This document shows, one piece after another, positions 59,307 to 64,000 of a stretch of 64,000 nucleotides of DNA. The notes below the pieces were generated by a model. That model made no database searches. It was not told where the DNA came from and was given only the letters and a program-made list of their open reading frames with translations. Numbering within the stretch: the stretch's first letter is position 1; each line of letters starts with the position of its first letter. Origin of the DNA: Sedimentisphaerales bacterium (GTDB taxonomy: Bacteria > Planctomycetota > Phycisphaerae > Sedimentisphaerales > SM23-30); assembly GCA_963666285.1 (NCBI GenBank), contig OY762711.1. One strand, written 5' to 3'. Position numbers and translations under genes: made by a program.

Positions 59307-60677
59307 TCAGTGGTCAACCGGCTCGCCCAACATCTCTTTGATCTCGCCGAATTTCTCAGCCAGCCTCTCGGCACTCTTGGCTTCTACATTTAACCTTAAA
59401 AGCGGTTCGGTATTGCTCGGACGGCAGTTAAACCACCAGTCATCACATTCAATTGTTACACCATCCAGCCAGTCGCCCTTGCCGTATTTTTCTTCCAGCT
59501 TCTTCATGGTGCCTTCTTTATCTTCAACTTCAAAGTTAACTTCGCCGCTGCTGTGATAAACAAGATACGGAGCAAACAACTCACTCACCGGCTTGTCATT
59601 TTCTGACAAAATATTCAGCAGGTGCACCAGCGTAATCATACCACTATCGGCAAAGAAATTGTCACGATAGTAAAAGTGGCCGCTCAGCTCACCGCCAAAT
59701 ACAGCCTTAGTATCCTTCAAGGTCTTCTTCATAAACGAATGACCGACACGCTCTCTGCGAGGTACACCGCCGCAACGCTCGATAGTCTCTTTCAACGCCC
59801 AGCTGCTGCGAAGGTCGTATACTATCGCAGAGCCCGGATTATCCTTCAGGAAATATTCAGCCAGCAGAGCCGTAAAGATATCACAGCTTACCGGGGTACC
59901 ATTTTCATCTACGACCACCAGTCTGTCTGCGTCGCCGTCAAAACAAACACCAACGTCAGCTTTATGTTCGGCTATCGCGGCCTTCAGCTCCGACAGGTTA
60001 CTCTCTACCAGCGGGTTAGGATCATGATTAAATGTCCCGTTTGTCTCCTGGTTCAACAGGATCATTTCAATATCAAGATCGCCAAAAATCTTTGGCACAC
60101 TCTTACCGGCCATACCGTTCGAACAGTCAACAACCATCTTTACCTTCTTAAGGTTACTGGTCAAAAACTGGAGTACATGCGCCTTGTACGGCTCGTACAG
60201 ATCCATCTCGGTAACTTTGCCCTTACCGGCTGCTGCAGTATGCTTCAAAGAAGATGCGATGTGCTGAATCTCTTTCAGACCGGTATCAGAACCGATTGGA
60301 CGAGCCTTGAGACCGCTTATCTTAAAACCGTTATAAGGGGCTGAATTATGGCTCGCTGTGGTCTGCACCCCGCCGCAGGTTCCAAGGTGATTAATCGCAA
60401 AGTAAATCTGAGGGGTATCGATCATACCTATATTGATTACATTCGCTCCCGAACCGGTCATGCCGTCAATCAACGACTTCACCAGTGACGGGCTGTGTGT
60501 ACGCATATCATAACCTACAACTATAGACTGGGCATTTTCCTGACCACGCTCAAAACCCTCCAGCAGACTGCGGAGAAACTGGGCACTTGCATGACCGATC
60601 TTCCATGCTGCTTCTTCTGTTACCTGCTCGCCATATAAGCCTCTGATATCGTAAGCCTTAAAGATTTTTTGATCCAT
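59307..60677 (-). CDS. phosphomannomutase/phosphoglucomutase
   Basis: FKAYDIRG, TASHN, FDGDADR, GELSGH, RPSNTEP. Confidence 0.95.
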   Translation of the reverse strand: MDQKIFKAYDIRGLYGEQVTEEAAWKIGHASAQFLRSLLEGFERGQENAQSIVVGYDMRTHSPSLVKSLIDGMTGSGANVINIGMIDTPQIYFAINHLGTCGGVQTTASHNSAPYNGFKISGLKARPIGSDTGLKEIQHIASSLKHTAAAGKGKVTEMDLYEPYKAHVLQFLTSNLKKVKMVVDCSNGMAGKSVPKIFGDLDIEMILLNQETNGTFNHDPNPLVESNLSELKAAIAEHKADVGVCFDGDADRLVVVDENGTPVSCDIFTALLAEYFLKDNPGSAIVYDLRSSWALKETIERCGGVPRRERVGHSFMKKTLKDTKAVFGGELSGHFYYRDNFFADSGMITLVHLLNILSENDKPVSELFAPYLVYHSSGEVNFEVEDKEGTMKKLEEKYGKGDWLDGVTIECDDWWFNCRPSNTEPLLRLNVEAKSAERLAEKFGEIKEMLGEPVDH

Positions 60678-60920
60678 TTGTCAAATTCCTTATGTACTCT
60701 CTTTGTTGTTTATTCTCCGGCACAACTGCCGATTTATTCGCTAAATTTAGTTAATTATAAGATATCCCGCTCCATAGTCAACGATTATACGAACATCAAC
60801 ACTAAAAACACTCACAACACACTGACACAAAAGACTTTAAGACAAAAACGGCCAATACTATTTCCTGCATGATTGCAAAATAACTTGCATTTTAATGCAA
60901 ATTACCCGGCAAAATATTTT

Positions 60921-62264
60921 TCACCGCCTGCTACCTCCCCCCCTCAAACTCTCAACCCATTCCTTGAATTCTTTTTCTTCTTTTTCGTCAAGTTCTTTTA
61001 TTTCAGCCTCTCTTGTTTTTTTCCTCTCTTCAATTTGATCGTAAACATTTACCCAAGGCGTTTCTTTTATTGTCTGCTTACGAAATTCCTCATCTTCTTC
61101 ATAACCTTTTCTACGACACATGATCGCTCTGTCATTTTTCCTTCTTTCTAATTTCACTCTCGCTTTCATAGCATCAATTCTTAATTGTCTTTCTTTATTA
61201 ATATAATCACTATCATATTCAAAATATCTCCTTCCGTAAGGATTTGTAAATGCTGCGCCATTTATCCTGAGATATGGATTATTTCCAGAAGTTGAAGCAA
61301 CTACTTTAAATTCAATAATTGAGTAATATTTTCCCATTGAATCTTTTATATATAGATAAAATGGCTGAGCAAAGAAATCGGCATTAGGATTATCAGGTTC
61401 GGCTAAAAAGTTTTCGTATGTGCATTCAGATATATAACCTTCTGCTGGAGCTTCATATAGTTTTTTGTCTGTCAAAAAGAAAAGTGCTTCATTTGATTCA
61501 GATCTGAAAGTTAATTCAAACCTGGAACAATCTGCATTGAAATCGCATGTAATAACAAGATCATTATTACTATTTAACTCTTCTGTCCTATCGCTATTAT
61601 TATAATTTCCATAAATATCAATCCATTGTGGAAAATATATTGGTTTATAAGGAGTATTATTATTTTTATCAAACTTGCCAATAAAACCTCCTGTCACTAG
61701 ATAGTCAAGAACACCTTGTTTACGGAGGAAATATCTGACAGGACTATTCGGGCCAGTAACAACTTCAGTTTTTTTCAAATCCCTGGCAATTACTCCTCCC
61801 TCATAACTCAAAGATATATAATCCTTATTTTTTGAAAAAATAAATTCATATCCTTTTTTTTCAATATTCTTTACAAATAGCAAGTGGCCTTTTTTATTAT
61901 CAATTGAGAATATCCCTTTTTCGTCCGTAGCCAGATTATAAGTTTGATCCATTCCACCTGCATTCAATTTAGTATAGTCTCTAATAGAATATGTGACAAT
62001 AGCATTTCCAACCGGATTACCATCCAAATCTACTACCTTTCCCCAGAAATTAATATCGCTGCGAATTTTTAATTCACTTTCCTTTTCTTTTTCCTTAAAA
62101 TTTTGTATCCATTTTTCCCTGTGTTCTCTATCGGCTTTATCAGCTTGACCTAAGCTAATACTACCAACATCATTTCTTCCGACCTCACATGAAATCAAAC
62201 ACACAGCTAAACAAATAAGCAGCAGGATATGCAAAATAGATTTCATAAATATACCCTTCATCAA
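60921..62264 (-). CDS. lipoprotein with a carboxypeptidase-regulatory-like beta domain, paralogue 1
   Basis: LISC lipobox; FWGKVVDLDGNPV; likely start at MKSIL. Confidence 0.75.
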   Translation of the reverse strand: MMKGIFMKSILHILLLICLAVCLISCEVGRNDVGSISLGQADKADREHREKWIQNFKEKEKESELKIRSDINFWGKVVDLDGNPVGNAIVTYSIRDYTKLNAGGMDQTYNLATDEKGIFSIDNKKGHLLFVKNIEKKGYEFIFSKNKDYISLSYEGGVIARDLKKTEVVTGPNSPVRYFLRKQGVLDYLVTGGFIGKFDKNNNTPYKPIYFPQWIDIYGNYNNSDRTEELNSNNDLVITCDFNADCSRFELTFRSESNEALFFLTDKKLYEAPAEGYISECTYENFLAEPDNPNADFFAQPFYLYIKDSMGKYYSIIEFKVVASTSGNNPYLRINGAAFTNPYGRRYFEYDSDYINKERQLRIDAMKARVKLERRKNDRAIMCRRKGYEEDEEFRKQTIKETPWVNVYDQIEERKKTREAEIKELDEKEEKEFKEWVESLRGGGSRR

Positions 62265-62446
62265 ACATTGACCTATATTATTTCATCTGATAATTTTTTT
62301 GCACCAAATATTGTGGCATGAAAACTCAAGGCGACCGCTGAAATTGCTTTTGATGCGATAGTTTAAGATTTTGATTGCCGCCAGGCAAAAGAAAAACTAG
62401 TCGTTCAAAATGAATTTTCAGAGGGTGTCTCAAATATTCACTTGAT

Positions 62447-63730
62447 TTATTTTCTTAATTTATCAACCCATTCCTTAAATTCTTTTTCTTCTTTCTCGTC
62501 AAGTTCTTTTATTTCAGCCTCTCTTGCTTTTTTCCTCTCCGCGACAATTTTATCTGCATCAATCCATGGGGTATCCCACTTTGCCTTTTTTCGGTATTCC
62601 TCATCTTCACGTTCTTTTTTTCTATTCTCAAACATCCTGTCATTTTTCCTTCTTTCTAATTTCACTCTGCACTGCTGAGCATCCTGTCGATACTTTCTTT
62701 CCATATCATTATAGCTCTTGAAATAAAGCAAATTCCTTTTTCCATAAGGATTAGTATATGAAGAATAATTAAGATCAACAAATAACTCACCAAGCACTCT
62801 CGTACCAACTTCAAAATCGATACGTGAATAGTATTTACCCTCTTGTCCCTTTATATACAAATAAAACAACTGTGATGGCAAACCGGCTTTATCATTAACT
62901 TTTTTAGGGTTGGTCATCGAATTCTCATATAAACATTTGGCTTCATAGCCTTCCTCCGGAGCTTCATCCAACTTTTTGTCCGATAAAAAACAACCAGAAT
63001 TCCCACTCTTCGACTCAAAAACAAGACTGAATTTTGAGTTATCTTCTGAAATCGTACAAGTTATTAATAGATCATTATTAGAACCCAATTCTTTCTTATC
63101 TAAGTTCCTGTATTCACCATAAATACTAATCCATTTCGGAAAATATACCGGTTCAAACGTAGATACACTCTTGTCAAAACGGAATGTTCTACACTGATTA
63201 GTTACAAGATAGGTTGCTTCGCTGACATTTTTAAGATAATAAAGCACAGGAGCATCTGAATTATTATTGATTGTAGAATGTAGTTTGTAATTAAAACCTC
63301 TATTCTCGACATTCTCTGCTACTATATACTCATAACCTTCTTTTTCTATATTATCAATAAACAGCCAGTGCCCTTTTTTGCCTTTGAGCGAAAAAACACC
63401 GTCGCTGTTTGTGGTTGACTTATATGCAGTATCAGTTTCTCCGCCGGTAAAGCTTTTCTGAAAATCTCTTACTTTTAACGTAACTGTTGCACCCTCAACC
63501 GGGTTATTCTCATGATCTACTACCTTTCCCCAGAAATTAATCTTTGTGCGGCTGCTGCTTACCTTTTCTTTTTGTTTTTGAATAAGCTGTCCCCTGCGGT
63601 CAGCTTCAAGATCACCGGGCTTTTTTTCAACCTCTGTACAAGACACCAACAATACAGATAGCCCGCCTAAAAGCATAACACTTAAAATGTTTTTCATGAC
63701 CAATCCCTTCAAAATTGTATTCACACTCAA
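62447..63730 (-). CDS. lipoprotein with a carboxypeptidase-regulatory-like beta domain, paralogue 2
   Basis: LVSC lipobox; FWGKVVDHENNPV; likely start at MKNIL. Confidence 0.75.
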   Translation of the reverse strand: MSVNTILKGLVMKNILSVMLLGGLSVLLVSCTEVEKKPGDLEADRRGQLIQKQKEKVSSSRTKINFWGKVVDHENNPVEGATVTLKVRDFQKSFTGGETDTAYKSTTNSDGVFSLKGKKGHWLFIDNIEKEGYEYIVAENVENRGFNYKLHSTINNNSDAPVLYYLKNVSEATYLVTNQCRTFRFDKSVSTFEPVYFPKWISIYGEYRNLDKKELGSNNDLLITCTISEDNSKFSLVFESKSGNSGCFLSDKKLDEAPEEGYEAKCLYENSMTNPKKVNDKAGLPSQLFYLYIKGQEGKYYSRIDFEVGTRVLGELFVDLNYSSYTNPYGKRNLLYFKSYNDMERKYRQDAQQCRVKLERRKNDRMFENRKKEREDEEYRKKAKWDTPWIDADKIVAERKKAREAEIKELDEKEEKEFKEWVDKLRK

Positions 63731-63756
63731 TCTTTATCACACAATATATTTAGACA

Positions 63757-64000
63757 TCATAAACTATAACTGCCGTTAATACCCAGTATAACAACCTCAC
63801 ACCCGGCCTTCTCGGAAAAATGCTCGGCATCAGATTTATTACCCACAATATCTCCCCAATGATACGGTATTGCCGCTGTCGGTTTGATTATCCCAACAGC
63901 CTTGGCTGCTTCTACTCCATCCATCGTATAAGTTCCGCCCACCGGCAGCAGCGCTGCATCAATCTCACCCAGCTCACCCATCTCATCTATTACATCAGTA
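63757..64000 (-). CDS. 3' part of an MBL-fold metallo-hydrolase (UPF0173-like)
   Basis: DAALLPVGGTYTM...AIPYHWG; frame runs off the window end. Confidence 0.8.
   Translation of the reverse strand, partial: TDVIDEMGELGEIDAALLPVGGTYTMDGVEAAKAVGIIKPTAAIPYHWGDIVGNKSDAEHFSEKAGCEVVILGINGSYSL

Overview
Bacterial window, most consistent with a planctomycete of the Phycisphaerae type (inferred from an ECF-sigma/Ser-Thr kinase pair, BlaI/M56 pair, tandem clpP and the flagellin style; not proven). Layout: (1) 1-19.8 kb, a divergent L-rhamnose locus. It has rhaB, rhaA, rhaT, a GH78 rhamnosidase, a DeoR regulator and a class II aldolase, plus a lipoate-dependent dehydrogenase set (E2, E3, and a probable fused E1 whose 5' end at 143-1 is absent from the ORF track), a SorE-like reductase, a SrlD-like SDR, a PHP-fold protein and an ASRT protein. 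Together these suggest a non-canonical 'flip-and-cleave' route from rhamnulose-1-P to acetyl-CoA. Most spacers in this operon are filled with modular repeats (heptamer arrays, G..A-loop mini-hairpins, GTAG REP-like hairpins). One array flanks a four-helix-bundle (IVS/Avd-like) gene and another looks like its empty counterpart. (2) 20.5-27.3 kb, ECF sigma, kinase, lipoprotein, clpP-clpP-tig and tRNA-Gly. (3) 27.4-46.6 kb, a Wzy-dependent EPS/capsule cluster with a sigma54 promoter, an AT-rich core, a radical SAM enzyme, a formyltransferase and one antisense methyltransferase. (4) 46.9-64 kb, flagellin, mutS, BlaI/M56 with a clear operator, three exporters, an EEP hydrolase, a phosphomannomutase, two paralogous lipoproteins and a partial MBL hydrolase. 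All family calls come from motif recognition by eye, not from database searches.
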